Positions 32,412 to 44,100 of a stretch of 64,000 nt of DNA are shown here, piece by piece (position 1 is the first letter of the stretch; the number at the start of each line of letters is the position of its first letter). The notes under the pieces are model-generated. The model was not told the DNA's origin. It worked only from the letters and a program-made list of their open reading frames with translations, and ran no database searches. The DNA comes from Escherichia coli. GTDB lineage: Bacteria; Pseudomonadota; Gammaproteobacteria; Enterobacterales; Enterobacteriaceae. The position numbers were made by a program, and so were the translations under genes. The DNA lies in NCBI RefSeq assembly GCF_003334815.1, contig NZ_QOWO01000023.1, one strand, 5' to 3'.

Positions 32412-34091
32412 GTGAACAAAATATTTTCCTCACATGTGATGCCTTTCCGCGCTCTGATCGACGCTTGCTGGAAAGAAAAATATACTGCCGCACGGTTTAC
32501 CCGTGACCTGATTGCCGGGATAACCGTCGGGATTATTGCTATCCCGCTGGCGATGGCGTTGGCTATTGGTAGTGGTGTGGCACCCCAGTACGGTTTATAT
32601 ACCGCAGCTGTTGCGGGGATTGTCATTGCTCTGACGGGTGGGTCACGCTTTAGCGTTTCCGGTCCGACTGCGGCATTTGTGGTAATTCTCTATCCCGTGT
32701 CGCAACAGTTTGGACTGGCAGGACTGCTGGTTGCGACCTTGCTGTCGGGGATCTTTTTGATTCTGATGGGTCTGGCACGCTTTGGTCGCCTGATTGAGTA
32801 TATTCCGGTTTCCGTCACCTTAGGTTTCACCTCGGGTATCGGGATCACCATCGGTACCATGCAGATTAAAGATTTTCTCGGTCTGCAAATGGCCCATGTC
32901 CCGGAACATTATCTACAAAAAGTCGGCGCATTATTTATGGCGCTGCCGACCATTAATGTGGGTGATGCTGCCATTGGCATTGTGACGCTAGGTATTCTTG
33001 TTTTTTGGCCGCGTCTGGGCATTCGTTTACCCGGTCACCTTCCGGCCTTGCTGGCTGGTTGCGCGGTGATGGGGATTGTTAACCTGCTCGGCGGACATGT
33101 TGCTACCATCGGTTCGCAATTCCACTACGTCCTGGCCGATGGTTCTCAGGGTAACGGTATTCCGCAACTGCTGCCGCAACTGGTGCTGCCGTGGGATCTG
33201 CCTAATTCAGAATTCACGCTAACCTGGGATTCTATTCGCACACTGCTGCCTGCGGCATTCTCAATGGCAATGCTCGGCGCAATCGAATCTCTGCTCTGCG
33301 CCGTGGTGCTGGATGGTATGACCGGGACGAAACACAAGGCGAACAGCGAACTGGTTGGACAGGGACTGGGGAATATTATCGCTCCGTTCTTTGGTGGTAT
33401 TACCGCTACAGCTGCCATCGCGCGTTCTGCCGCTAACGTCCGTGCCGGGGCAACGTCCCCTATCTCGGCGGTGATCCACTCTATTCTGGTTATTCTTGCC
33501 CTGCTGGTACTGGCACCGCTGCTCTCCTGGCTGCCGCTTTCCGCCATGGCAGCCCTGCTGTTGATGGTGGCGTGGAACATGAGTGAAGCGCACAAAGTGG
33601 TCGACTTGCTGCGTCATGCGCCGAAAGATGACATCATCGTCATGCTGCTGTGCATGTCGCTGACCGTGTTGTTTGATATGGTTATTGCCATCAGCGTGGG
33701 GATCGTGCTGGCATCGCTGCTGTTTATGCGTCGTATCGCACGTATGACTCGCCTGGCACCGGTAGTCGTAGATGTTCCAGACGATGTCCTGGTTCTGCGC
33801 GTTATTGGCCCGCTGTTTTTTGCTGCTGCTGAAGGCTTATTCACGGACCTGGAGTCACGTCTTGAAGGCAAACGGATTGTGATTCTGAAGTGGGATGCCG
33901 TTCCGGTACTTGATGCTGGTGGTCTTGATGCGTTCCAGCGTTTTGTGAAGCGTCTGCCCGAGGGATGTGAACTGCGCGTGTGCAACGTGGAATTCCAGCC
34001 ACTGCGCACTATGGCTCGCGCTGGCATTCAACCGATCCCGGGACGCCTGGCGTTCTTCCCGAATCGTCGCGCGGCGATGGCGGATTTATAA
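32412..34091 (+). CDS. dauA: C4-dicarboxylic acid transporter DauA (SLC26/SulP family, STAS domain)
   Basis: 559-aa ORF from GTG start; recognised DauA/YchM. Confidence 0.94.
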
Positions 34092-34145
34092 GTACGAGAT
34101 TGACCAGTCTGCGCAAACTGACTGGTCAGCAAACTGCATTATTTG

Positions 34146-34424
34146 TTAGCTATGACGGCGATTATCGCTACGGCGGCAACGTTTGTCATAGTGGCGAACC
34201 CACCAGTAACGGTCGCACACCTGTTCATGCCCGCCAACACGGGCACCCGCCAGCCAGAGAATGGCACCGACGAAAATACTTAGCACTGCACCATGTGCGA
34301 AATACTGGGGCATATTAAACTGTGGTAACTGGTTGAGGATTGAATACCCCACGCCGACCACCATTACCACCAGACCCAACCCCATGAGCACGTTACCGAG
34401 TAACGAAGCGTTTTTGCGTTTCAT
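34146..34424 (-). CDS. ychH: small inner membrane protein YchH
   Basis: 92-aa ORF with two hydrophobic segments, ATG start. Confidence 0.88.
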   Translation of the reverse strand: MKRKNASLLGNVLMGLGLVVMVVGVGYSILNQLPQFNMPQYFAHGAVLSIFVGAILWLAGARVGGHEQVCDRYWWVRHYDKRCRRSDNRRHS

Positions 34425-34701
34425 ATGTCACCTCCGGAACTTTCTGGGTTGTAACAGGGAATACCCCTCTTCCTTATGTGTAAAGTATAGACAACACCCA
34501 GTGGGTTATGTGCGGGCGTGATCACAATTACAACCCTTATTTCAACAAAACTTTACAAATAAACGCCTGAACACCTTGACTTTCTAATAGTCCACTCAGG
34601 CAATTATTACGTTATCTGCATTTGATACGCAGTTTTTTGTCAAGCGGGGCCGCAACCAGTAAACTACGCGCCAGTTATGTACACACTCAGGACAAAAAAA
34701 C

Positions 34702-35286
34702 GTGACGATTAAATTGATTGTCGGCCTGGCGAACCCCGGTGCTGAATACGCCGCAACGCGACATAATGCTGGTGCCTGGTTCGTTGACTTACTGGCAGAG
34801 CGTTTGCGCGCTCCGCTGCGCGAAGAGGCTAAATTCTTTGGTTATACTTCGCGAGTCACTCTTGGAGGCGAAGATGTCCGCCTGTTAGTCCCGACTACAT
34901 TTATGAATCTCAGCGGCAAAGCCGTTGCGGCGATGGCCAGTTTTTTCCGCATTAATCCGGACGAAATTCTGGTGGCCCACGACGAACTGGATCTGCCTCC
35001 TGGCGTCGCCAAATTTAAATTGGGCGGTGGCCATGGTGGTCACAATGGACTGAAAGACATCATCAGTAAATTGGGTAATAACCCTAACTTTCACCGTTTA
35101 CGCATCGGAATCGGTCATCCGGGCGATAAAAATAAAGTTGTCGGTTTTGTGTTAGGCAAACCGCCTGTTAGTGAACAGAAGTTAATTGATGAAGCCATTG
35201 ACGAAGCGGCGCGTTGTACTGAAATGTGGTTTACAGATGGCTTGACCAAAGCAACGAACCGATTGCACGCCTTTAAAGCGCAATAA
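34702..35286 (+). CDS. pth: peptidyl-tRNA hydrolase
   Basis: 194-aa ORF from GTG start ([13 protein letters not shown]...); recognised Pth. Confidence 0.96.
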
Positions 35287-35402
35287 GTCGTTGTCTGCGG
35301 CATTTTTGCCGAGTGCCGTGTATAATAGGCAAAGTTATTTCCATTTCTGCAATCTGTTAGCAATAACAGGTTGATTATTAAGATATTAAGGTGATTTAAA
35401 TC

Positions 35403-36494
35403 ATGGGATTCAAATGCGGTATCGTCGGTTTGCCCAACGTCGGGAAATCTACCCTGTTCAACGCGCTGACCAAAGCCGGTATTGAAGCGGCCAACTTTCC
35501 ATTCTGCACCATTGAGCCGAACACAGGCGTCGTACCAATGCCTGATCCTCGCCTGGATCAACTGGCTGAAATCGTAAAACCGCAGCGTACGCTTCCCACG
35601 ACCATGGAATTTGTCGATATCGCCGGTCTGGTAAAAGGCGCATCGAAAGGCGAAGGTCTGGGTAACCAGTTCCTGACCAACATCCGTGAAACCGAAGCGA
35701 TCGGTCACGTTGTTCGCTGCTTTGAAAATGACAACATCATTCACGTTTCCGGCAAAGTTAACCCGGCTGACGATATTGAAGTTATCAACACCGAACTGGC
35801 GCTGGCAGACCTCGACACCTGCGAACGTGCGATTCATCGCGTACAGAAGAAAGCCAAAGGTGGCGATAAAGACGCGAAAGCTGAGCTGGCGGTCCTGGAA
35901 AAATGCCTGCCCCAGTTGGAAAATGCAGGTATGCTGCGCGCGCTGGATTTAAGCGCTGAAGAGAAAGCGGCTATTCGTTACCTGAGCTTCCTGACGCTGA
36001 AACCAACAATGTACATCGCCAACGTCAACGAAGACGGTTTTGAAAACAACCCATATCTTGACCAGGTGCGTGAAATCGCGGCGAAAGAAGGTTCTGTTGT
36101 GGTTCCGGTTTGTGCTGCTGTTGAAGCAGACATTGCCGAACTGGACGACGAAGAACGTGACGAGTTTATGCAGGAGCTTGGGCTGGAAGAGCCGGGCCTG
36201 AACCGTGTGATCCGTGCCGGTTATAAACTGCTGAACCTGCAAACTTACTTCACCGCTGGGGTGAAAGAAGTGCGTGCATGGACCATTCCGGTTGGAGCAA
36301 CCGCGCCGCAGGCAGCGGGCAAAATCCATACTGATTTTGAAAAAGGCTTTATCCGTGCACAAACCATCTCGTTTGAAGATTTCATCACTTACAAAGGTGA
36401 ACAAGGCGCGAAAGAAGCAGGCAAAATGCGTGCAGAAGGTAAAGATTACATCGTGAAAGATGGCGATGTGATGAACTTCCTTTTCAACGTCTAA
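35403..36494 (+). CDS. ychF: ribosome-binding ATPase YchF (Obg-family GTPase)
   Basis: 363-aa ORF with P-loop GLPNVGKST; recognised YchF. Confidence 0.96.
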
Positions 36495-36553
36495 TTAATT
36501 TATTGTCTCATGAGGTTTCGCTAAATCTCATGAAGAGCGCAAAAGTATATAAA

Positions 36554-36577
36554 ATCCACGCAATTGCGTGGATTTTT
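36554..36577 (+). terminator. rho-independent terminator after ychF
   Basis: hairpin atccacgc-aatt-gcgtggat followed by T5. Confidence 0.7.
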
Positions 36578-37262
36578 CATTTCACCGAGTCCTAATCATT
36601 CTTGTAACATCCTACACTTTTGTGCTTATTGCCTATAGTGAACCACGAGAATAATTAAAGACATAAGTGTTCAGATGACGGATATCTCATTAGCAGTGAT
36701 ATAACGTAAGTTTTTGTATCACTACACATCAGCCCCCTTCACAGCTGATCAAAATTGATCACGCTCCAATATGCTGGCAAGATGAAAATGATAACCAGTA
36801 GCACAATAACAACGATAGGCCAGAAAACCCATTGACCAAAAATGAATATCGATGTTTTTTGCTTTTTCTTATTAGTAATGCAAAAATGGCGCATATTGTT
36901 TTTGTTATGCAGATACATCAAGCGAAATTCCCATAACTAATTAGGATTATTACAAAAAATCTTCACCAAATTTTTTAACCGCTGTTTGTTGTAATATTTT
37001 TGCCATATTTATAGTAACGAATTGGAATAAGTAACGACAACTTAGGGAATAACTCGATATAAACTCACCTTTGTAAGGGGGATGTTAAATATATATTAAT
37101 TCCTGTGTTCCTGATTTTGCCCGGTAATAGAGAATTATTCTCTGAGAAGCTCATCATGATTGCACCATACAAATATCATGATGATAAGAGGATATTATTC
37201 ATTGATTTAAACAAAATGACAAAATCCATAGACCCATAGTCTGGGTACTATATAGGAGTGGT

Positions 37263-40130
37263 ATGGGCATCAAACAACACAATGGGAATACCAAAGCAGA
37301 TCGTCTCGCTGAATTAAAAATCCGTTCGCCCTCAATTCAACTGATAAAATTTGGCGCTATTGGTTTGAATGCAATTATCTTTTCCCCCCTGCTGATAGCT
37401 GCTGATACAGGAAGTCAATATGGCACCAATATTACTATTAATGATGGTGACAGAATTACAGGAGATACCGCCGATCCATCAGGAAACCTCTATGGTGTAA
37501 TGACCCCAGCAGGAAACACGCCTGGCAATATCAACCTGGGTAATGATGTCACCGTCAATGTCAACGACGCCTCTGGATATGCAAAAGGAATCATTATTCA
37601 GGGCAAAAACAGCTCCCTGACAGCTAACCGACTCACAGTAGATGTTGTTGGTCAAACCTCTGCCATCGGCATTAACTTAATTGGTGACTATACCCATGCT
37701 GACTTAGGCACAGGCAGCACCATTAAGAGTAACGATGACGGCATCATTATTGGGCATAGCTCAACACTAACAGCCACTCAATTCACCATTGAAAACTCGA
37801 ACGGTATAGGCCTAACCATCAATGACTATGGCACCAGTGTCGATCTTGGAAGCGGAAGTAAAATCACGACCGATGGAAGTACAGGTGTTTATATCGGTGG
37901 TCTCAACGGCAATAACGCCAATGGTGCTGCGCGTTTTACGGCTACAGACCTGACAATCGATGTTCAGGGCTACAGCGCCATGGGGATAAACGTACAGAAA
38001 AACTCTGTTGTCGATCTCGGAACAAACAGTACCATTAAAACCAATGGCGATAATGCTCACGGCCTCTGGAGCTTTGGCCAGGTTAGCGCGAATGCACTCA
38101 CTGTTGATGTAACTGGAGCCGCGGCCAATGGCGTCGAAGTTCGTGGTGGTACAACCACTATCGGTGCAGATAGCCATATTTCTTCCGCGCAGGGCGGTGG
38201 CCTCGTCACCAGTGGTTCAGACGCGATAATCAATTTTACTGGCACGGCAGCGCAACGAAACAGCATCTTTTCCGGCGGTTCTTATGGTGCCTCGGCCCAG
38301 ACGGCAACGGCTGTTGTCAACATGCAAAATACCGATATTACAGTTGATCGTAATGGCAGTCTGGCGCTGGGTTTGTGGGCTCTCAGCGGCGGTAGAATAA
38401 CCGGAGACAGTTTGGCTATCACCGGCGCGGCAGGAGCCAGGGGAATTTATGCCATGACCAACAGCCAGATCGACCTCACGAGCGATCTGGTCATTGATAT
38501 GAGTACACCCGACCAGATGGCCATCGCAACGCAACATGACGATGGTTATGCCGCCAGCCGCATCAACGCCTCGGGTCGTATGCTTATCAACGGTAGCGTT
38601 CTTTCCAAAGGTGGGCTAATCAATCTGGATATGCACCCTGGGTCGGTTTGGACAGGTTCCTCCCTCAGCGATAATGTCAATGGCGGAAAACTGGACGTTG
38701 CAATGAATAACAGCGTCTGGAACGTAACAAGTAATTCTAATCTCGACACGCTGGCGCTGAGCCATTCAACTGTCGATTTTGCCAGCCACGGGTCAACTGC
38801 CGGCACATTTGCCACATTAAACGTAGAGAACCTGAGCGGTAACAGTACCTTTATTATGCGTGCTGATGTTGTTGGCGAGGGTAATGGCGTTAATAATAAA
38901 GGGGATTTATTGAATATCAGCGGGAGTAGTGCTGGTAATCACGTATTGGCTATCCGCAACCAGGGCAGCGAGGCCACAACGGGAAATGAAGTTCTGACAG
39001 TGGTAAAAACCACTGACGGCGCGGCCTCGTTCAGCGCGTCTTCTCAGGTTGAGTTGGGGGGATATCTGTACGATGTGCGTAAAAATGGCACTAACTGGGA
39101 GCTTTACGCTTCCGGGACAGTTCCGGAACCGACTCCTAATCCTGAACCCACACCAGCTCCCGCTCAGCCTCCCATAGTCAACCCCGATCCTACGCCTGAA
39201 CCCGCTCCCACGCCTAAACCCACCACGACCGCAGATGCTGGCGGCAATTATCTCAATGTCGGTTACTTATTGAACTATGTTGAAAACCGTACGCTGATGC
39301 AACGGATGGGTGACCTGCGAAATCAGAGTAAAGACGGTAATATCTGGTTGCGCAGTTATGGGGGAAGCCTGGACTCCTTTGCCAGTGGCAAACTGAGCGG
39401 CTTTGACATGGGTTACAGCGGTATCCAGTTTGGTGGGGATAAACGTCTCTCTGATGTAATGCCGTTGTATGTCGGTCTGTATATTGGCTCAACACATGCA
39501 TCGCCGGACTATAGCGGAGGCGACGGTACCGCACGTTCAGACTACATGGGAATGTACGCCAGTTACATGGCACAAAACGGTTTTTACAGCGATCTCGTTA
39601 TAAAAGCATCGCGCCAGAAAAATAGTTTCCACGTACTGGACAGTCAGAACAACGGCGTTAACGCCAACGGCACTGCGAATGGAATGAGCATCTCCCTGGA
39701 AGCCGGGCAGAGGTTCAACCTGTCCCCTACTGGTTATGGGTTCTATATAGAGCCGCAAACCCAGCTTACATACAGCCACCAGAATGAGATGACTATGAAG
39801 GCGAGTAATGGCCTCAATATACATCTGAATCACTACGAATCGCTGCTGGGGCGTGCCAGCATGATACTGGGGTATGACATCACCGCAGGCAACAGCCAGC
39901 TGAATGTCTATGTGAAGACTGGCGCTATCCGCGAGTTTTCAGGGGATACCGAATATCTGTTGAACAACTCCCGGGAGAAGTACAGTTTCAAAGGTAATGG
40001 CTGGAATAACGGCGTGGGAGTCAGTGCACAGTATAACAAACAGCACACATTCTATCTCGAAGCGGATTACACGCAGGGTAACCTCTTTGATCAGAAGCAA
40101 GTCAACGGAGGATATCGCTTCAGCTTTTAA
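37263..40130 (+). CDS. ycgV: autotransporter adhesin (type Va), passenger beta-helix + Pro-rich linker + C-terminal beta-barrel
   Basis: 955-aa ORF with repetitive G/T/N-rich passenger, PEPTPNPEPTPAPAQPP linker, C-terminal barrel ending in ...GGYRFSF; recognised YcgV. Confidence 0.9.
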   Translation: MGIKQHNGNTKADRLAELKIRSPSIQLIKFGAIGLNAIIFSPLLIAADTGSQYGTNITINDGDRITGDTADPSGNLYGVMTPAGNTPGNINLGNDVTVNVNDASGYAKGIIIQGKNSSLTANRLTVDVVGQTSAIGINLIGDYTHADLGTGSTIKSNDDGIIIGHSSTLTATQFTIENSNGIGLTINDYGTSVDLGSGSKITTDGSTGVYIGGLNGNNANGAARFTATDLTIDVQGYSAMGINVQKNSVVDLGTNSTIKTNGDNAHGLWSFGQVSANALTVDVTGAAANGVEVRGGTTTIGADSHISSAQGGGLVTSGSDAIINFTGTAAQRNSIFSGGSYGASAQTATAVVNMQNTDITVDRNGSLALGLWALSGGRITGDSLAITGAAGARGIYAMTNSQIDLTSDLVIDMSTPDQMAIATQHDDGYAASRINASGRMLINGSVLSKGGLINLDMHPGSVWTGSSLSDNVNGGKLDVAMNNSVWNVTSNSNLDTLALSHSTVDFASHGSTAGTFATLNVENLSGNSTFIMRADVVGEGNGVNNKGDLLNISGSSAGNHVLAIRNQGSEATTGNEVLTVVKTTDGAASFSASSQVELGGYLYDVRKNGTNWELYASGTVPEPTPNPEPTPAPAQPPIVNPDPTPEPAPTPKPTTTADAGGNYLNVGYLLNYVENRTLMQRMGDLRNQSKDGNIWLRSYGGSLDSFASGKLSGFDMGYSGIQFGGDKRLSDVMPLYVGLYIGSTHASPDYSGGDGTARSDYMGMYASYMAQNGFYSDLVIKASRQKNSFHVLDSQNNGVNANGTANGMSISLEAGQRFNLSPTGYGFYIEPQTQLTYSHQNEMTMKASNGLNIHLNHYESLLGRASMILGYDITAGNSQLNVYVKTGAIREFSGDTEYLLNNSREKYSFKGNGWNNGVGVSAQYNKQHTFYLEADYTQGNLFDQKQVNGGYRFSF

Positions 40131-40229
40131 GTGCGGGATAGACAAGCCCTTAAACGATGCTGAAAATTGTTAGCGTGCGCCGGAATGAAATACAGATCAC
40201 TCTGATGTATCAGAAATCGTTTCTGTCTT

Positions 40230-42149
40230 TCATACCCGGCGCTTAAACTGCCCTGCATCAATGCCATGTTGCTTCATTTTCCGCCACAGCGTAGTGCGGC
40301 CGATCCCAAGTAAAGCCGACATTTCCTGAATGCGACCGCCTGTGACCTGGGCTGCGTTAATAATTGCCTCTTTTTCAACTTCCGCAAATGACAGACTGGT
40401 GGAAAGGCGGGTGGCGCTGACATCATCTGTCGCCTGCTCGGTAAACAGATGTTCCGGCAAATCACTGACGCGAATGCGCCCGTTATCACTACTCAGAGCA
40501 AGATTCTCGATGACGCTGTAAAGTTCAAAATCGTTGCCTGGCCATGCACAAGAAACCAGGCGAGCGAGGGCATCGTCATCAATTTTCAGCCGCGTAGAGA
40601 AGCGTTTTTCAAGACTGCGTAATTTGTTATTCACCAGCGCCGGAATGCTGCCACGCCGCATACGCAGAGGCGGGATGGTAATTTCAAATGCATGCAGCGC
40701 GTAATACAGCTGGCGACTAAAACGATTTTGTTCCACCAGCATTGCGAGGTCCGCGGTCGTTGTTGCAATCACTTTGACATCAATTGGTATTAAACGCCGC
40801 GCATCCAGTCGCGTGATAACCCCCTGCTTGATAACCTGAAGCAAAGCAGACTGTAACTCCACCGCCAGATATTCAATCTTTTCAAGAAACAGCGTGCCGC
40901 CGTGTGCCAGTTCCAGCCGACTCAGACGGCCATTTTCATTGTCCGTGCGATCGCCACCAATAAATTCTTCCGCCAGCGCAGCATCACCATATAACTCACA
41001 ATTGACGGCGATATAAGGACCTGCAGCACGCTCGCTTTCATTATGAATTGCCTGACTTAGCAGTGCCTTGCCCACGCCCTCTTCTCCACAAAGCAGGACA
41101 GGAAAGCTACTGCGCGCCGCCTGGCGACCAAAATGAATCAAGCGGCGGGTTTGCGGATCGTCCTGTGGCATATGAGCGAAGGTATGGCTGACTTTTCCTA
41201 ATTGACTGGTCATCAACTGCCGCATCTGTTCCACAGGATGGAGCAACAAAATAAAGCTGGTTCCCTGCGTTTCTATTATCGGTTTAAGGGTTATCACCGC
41301 ATCAATAAACTGGTGCTGGCTTTCAAAGGTTGCTTCTACGTGTTTGAGCGGATGTGCCTGTTTTATTGCTTGTTGCAATACGGCGGGTAACGTTAAGAGT
41401 TCAGTGATTGCCCGTCCCTGACTTGCCGTCGCGTCAAGGCGCAAGACCCGCGCCGCCTGGGCATTAATAAATTGCAAATTACCCTGCTCGTCCCAGCTAA
41501 TCACGCCATCATCCATACTTTCTAACAGGGCATTAAGTTGATTTAAATGACGGTTAGTTTCAGCGAGCAAACTGTCCGTCAGCAGTAAATTTCCGACCTC
41601 GCGGGCGATTGCCAACGTCAACGGCAAATCAGCTGCGGTAGTTTGCTCAACCGGACACGCCAGCGCTATTGTTCCCGTCAATCGGCCCTTGCTGTCAAAC
41701 AACGGCGTTGCACAAAAGGCCCAGTTCCAGAGTACCTGTTTGAAATGTTGATCGGCCATCGTTTTCACGGCCTGACCAGAGATAGCCGCTAACGATAGCG
41801 CACAAGTACCAATAATTCCCTCGGCGCAATACGTGCCGTCATTGAATCCCAGTGCACTTAGCTGCTGCAAGGTTTGCGGATCGCCATTACGGCTGAGAAT
41901 GCAGGCGGTTTCATCGAGGATAAACAGCGCACACTCTCGCGGTGCCATATATTCCCAGGCATCTTCCAGCGCAGCCTGCCCGAGCGTCAGCATCGCTTTC
42001 TTACGCCGATAAATAGAAGCAAATGTCACGCCCTGGGCCTGATGTGGTACGTTCCATGTCTCCCGTTTCATCAGCTTATTGCATCGCTCCCAGGAGGTTG
42101 CAATTAAGGGAGATATGCCCCGACCATCGTTGTTAAAAGCGCCACTCAT
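40230..42149 (-). CDS. dhaR: dihydroxyacetone kinase operon transcriptional activator DhaR (GAF-PAS-AAA+ enhancer-binding-type)
   Basis: 639 aa from second ATG (MSGAFNNDGRG...); first ATG 3 codons upstream gives 642 aa; C-terminal HTH. Confidence 0.93.
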   Translation of the reverse strand: MSGAFNNDGRGISPLIATSWERCNKLMKRETWNVPHQAQGVTFASIYRRKKAMLTLGQAALEDAWEYMAPRECALFILDETACILSRNGDPQTLQQLSALGFNDGTYCAEGIIGTCALSLAAISGQAVKTMADQHFKQVLWNWAFCATPLFDSKGRLTGTIALACPVEQTTAADLPLTLAIAREVGNLLLTDSLLAETNRHLNQLNALLESMDDGVISWDEQGNLQFINAQAARVLRLDATASQGRAITELLTLPAVLQQAIKQAHPLKHVEATFESQHQFIDAVITLKPIIETQGTSFILLLHPVEQMRQLMTSQLGKVSHTFAHMPQDDPQTRRLIHFGRQAARSSFPVLLCGEEGVGKALLSQAIHNESERAAGPYIAVNCELYGDAALAEEFIGGDRTDNENGRLSRLELAHGGTLFLEKIEYLAVELQSALLQVIKQGVITRLDARRLIPIDVKVIATTTADLAMLVEQNRFSRQLYYALHAFEITIPPLRMRRGSIPALVNNKLRSLEKRFSTRLKIDDDALARLVSCAWPGNDFELYSVIENLALSSDNGRIRVSDLPEHLFTEQATDDVSATRLSTSLSFAEVEKEAIINAAQVTGGRIQEMSALLGIGRTTLWRKMKQHGIDAGQFKRRV

Positions 42150-42376
42150 ATCCCGCATCCCTTATGACAAAAGGTGTTCCGGCTCGCAATTTTAAGTATT
42201 AATACACGTAAAAGTTTCAATATGGAACATTCATTAAAGCATATGTTTCACTATGAAACATAATTTGGGCTAATTTTCTTTTCCCTTGCCTGATGCACAA
42301 TGGATTCATCGGCAGTCAGTGGTCGCCGTGTCGTTGAACATCATCCATGCCCTACCGTAATTGCTGGAGCAAAATA

Positions 42377-43447
42377 ATGAAAAAATTGATCAATGATGTG
42401 CAAGACGTACTGGACGAACAACTGGCAGGACTGGCGAAAGCGCATCCATCGCTGACACTGCATCAGGATCCGGTGTATGTCACCCGAGCTGATGCCCCTG
42501 TTGCAGGAAAAGTCGCCCTGCTGTCGGGTGGCGGCAGCGGACACGAGCCGATGCACTGTGGTTATATCGGTCAGGGGATGCTTTCGGGGGCCTGTCCGGG
42601 CGAAATTTTCACCTCACCGACGCCCGATAAAATCTTTGAATGCGCCATGCAAGTTGATGGCGGCGAAGGTGTACTGTTGATTATCAAAAATTACACCGGC
42701 GATATTCTTAACTTTGAAACAGCGACCGAGTTACTGCACGATAGCGGCGTAAAAGTGACCACTGTGGTCATTGATGACGACGTTGCGGTAAAAGACAGTC
42801 TTTATACTGCCGGGCGACGCGGCGTTGCCAACACCGTATTAATTGAAAAACTCGTAGGCGCAGCGGCGGAGCGTGGCGACTCACTGGACGCCTGTGCGGA
42901 ACTGGGGCGTAAGCTGAATAATCAAGGCCACTCAATAGGTATCGCTCTCGGTGCCTGTACCGTTCCTGCCGCGGGCAAACCTTCTTTTACCCTGGCGGAT
43001 AATGAGATGGAGTTTGGCGTCGGCATTCATGGTGAGCCGGGTATTGACCGCCGCCCCTTCTCTTCCCTTGATCAAACCGTCGATGAAATGTTCGACACCC
43101 TGCTGGTAAATGGCTCATACCATCGCACTTTGCGTTTCTGGGATTATCAACAAGGCAGTTGGCAGGAAGAACAACAAACCAAACAACCGCTCCAGTCTGG
43201 CGATCGGGTGATTGCGCTGGTTAACAATCTTGGCGCAACTCCGCTTTCTGAGCTGTACGGCGTCTATAACCGCCTGACCACACGTTGCCAGCAAGCGGGA
43301 TTGACTATCGAACGTAATTTAATTGGCGCGTACTGCACCTCACTGGATATGACCGGTTTCTCAATCACCTTACTGAAAGTTGATGACGAAACGCTGGCAC
43401 TCTGGGACGCCCCGGTCCACACCCCGGCCCTTAACTGGGGTAAATAA
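42377..43447 (+). CDS. dhaK: dihydroxyacetone kinase, dihydroxyacetone-binding subunit
   Basis: 356 aa from ATG at 42377 (MKKLINDVQDV...). Confidence 0.95.
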   Translation: MKKLINDVQDVLDEQLAGLAKAHPSLTLHQDPVYVTRADAPVAGKVALLSGGGSGHEPMHCGYIGQGMLSGACPGEIFTSPTPDKIFECAMQVDGGEGVLLIIKNYTGDILNFETATELLHDSGVKVTTVVIDDDVAVKDSLYTAGRRGVANTVLIEKLVGAAAERGDSLDACAELGRKLNNQGHSIGIALGACTVPAAGKPSFTLADNEMEFGVGIHGEPGIDRRPFSSLDQTVDEMFDTLLVNGSYHRTLRFWDYQQGSWQEEQQTKQPLQSGDRVIALVNNLGATPLSELYGVYNRLTTRCQQAGLTIERNLIGAYCTSLDMTGFSITLLKVDDETLALWDAPVHTPALNWGK

Positions 43448-43457
43448 GGAGAAAGCA

Positions 43458-44090
43458 ATGTCACTGAGCAGAACTCAAATTGTTAACTGGCTCACTCGTT
43501 GTGGCGATATTTTCAGCACCGAGAGCGAGTATCTTACCGGACTGGATCGCGAAATTGGCGATGCTGACCACGGGCTAAATATGAACCGAGGCTTTAGCAA
43601 AGTGGTGGAAAAACTCCCTGCTATCGCAGATAAAGATATCGGTTTCATTCTCAAGAATACCGGTATGACGCTGCTTTCCAGCGTCGGTGGTGCCAGTGGT
43701 CCGCTGTTCGGTACCTTCTTTATCCGCGCCGCACAGGCGACCCAGGCACGGCAAAGCCTGACACTGGAAGAGCTTTATCAGATGTTCCGCGATGGCGCGG
43801 ACGGCGTAATCAGTCGCGGGAAAGCCGAACCTGGCGATAAAACCATGTGTGATGTGTGGGTGCCGGTGGTGGAATCGTTACGTCAGTCCAGCGAGCAAAA
43901 TCTCTCTGTTCCGGTGGCGCTCGAAGCTGCCAGTAGCATCGCCGAATCCGCTGCACAAAGTACGATTACGATGCAAGCCCGCAAAGGCCGCGCCAGTTAT
44001 CTCGGTGAACGCAGTATTGGTCACCAGGATCCCGGCGCGACCTCGGTGATGTTTATGATGCAAATGTTGGCGTTAGCCGCAAAAGAGTAA
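43458..44090 (+). CDS. dhaL: dihydroxyacetone kinase, ADP-binding subunit
   Basis: 210 aa from ATG at 43458 (MSLSRTQIVNWL...). Confidence 0.95.
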   Translation: MSLSRTQIVNWLTRCGDIFSTESEYLTGLDREIGDADHGLNMNRGFSKVVEKLPAIADKDIGFILKNTGMTLLSSVGGASGPLFGTFFIRAAQATQARQSLTLEELYQMFRDGADGVISRGKAEPGDKTMCDVWVPVVESLRQSSEQNLSVPVALEAASSIAESAAQSTITMQARKGRASYLGERSIGHQDPGATSVMFMMQMLALAAKE

Positions 44091-44100
44091 GGAATTGGTG

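Noticed and set aside
35115-35837. 240-aa minus-strand ORF spanning the pth-ychF junction
   Set aside because: Overlaps two well-supported plus-strand genes and their intergenic promoter; no recognisable protein signature.
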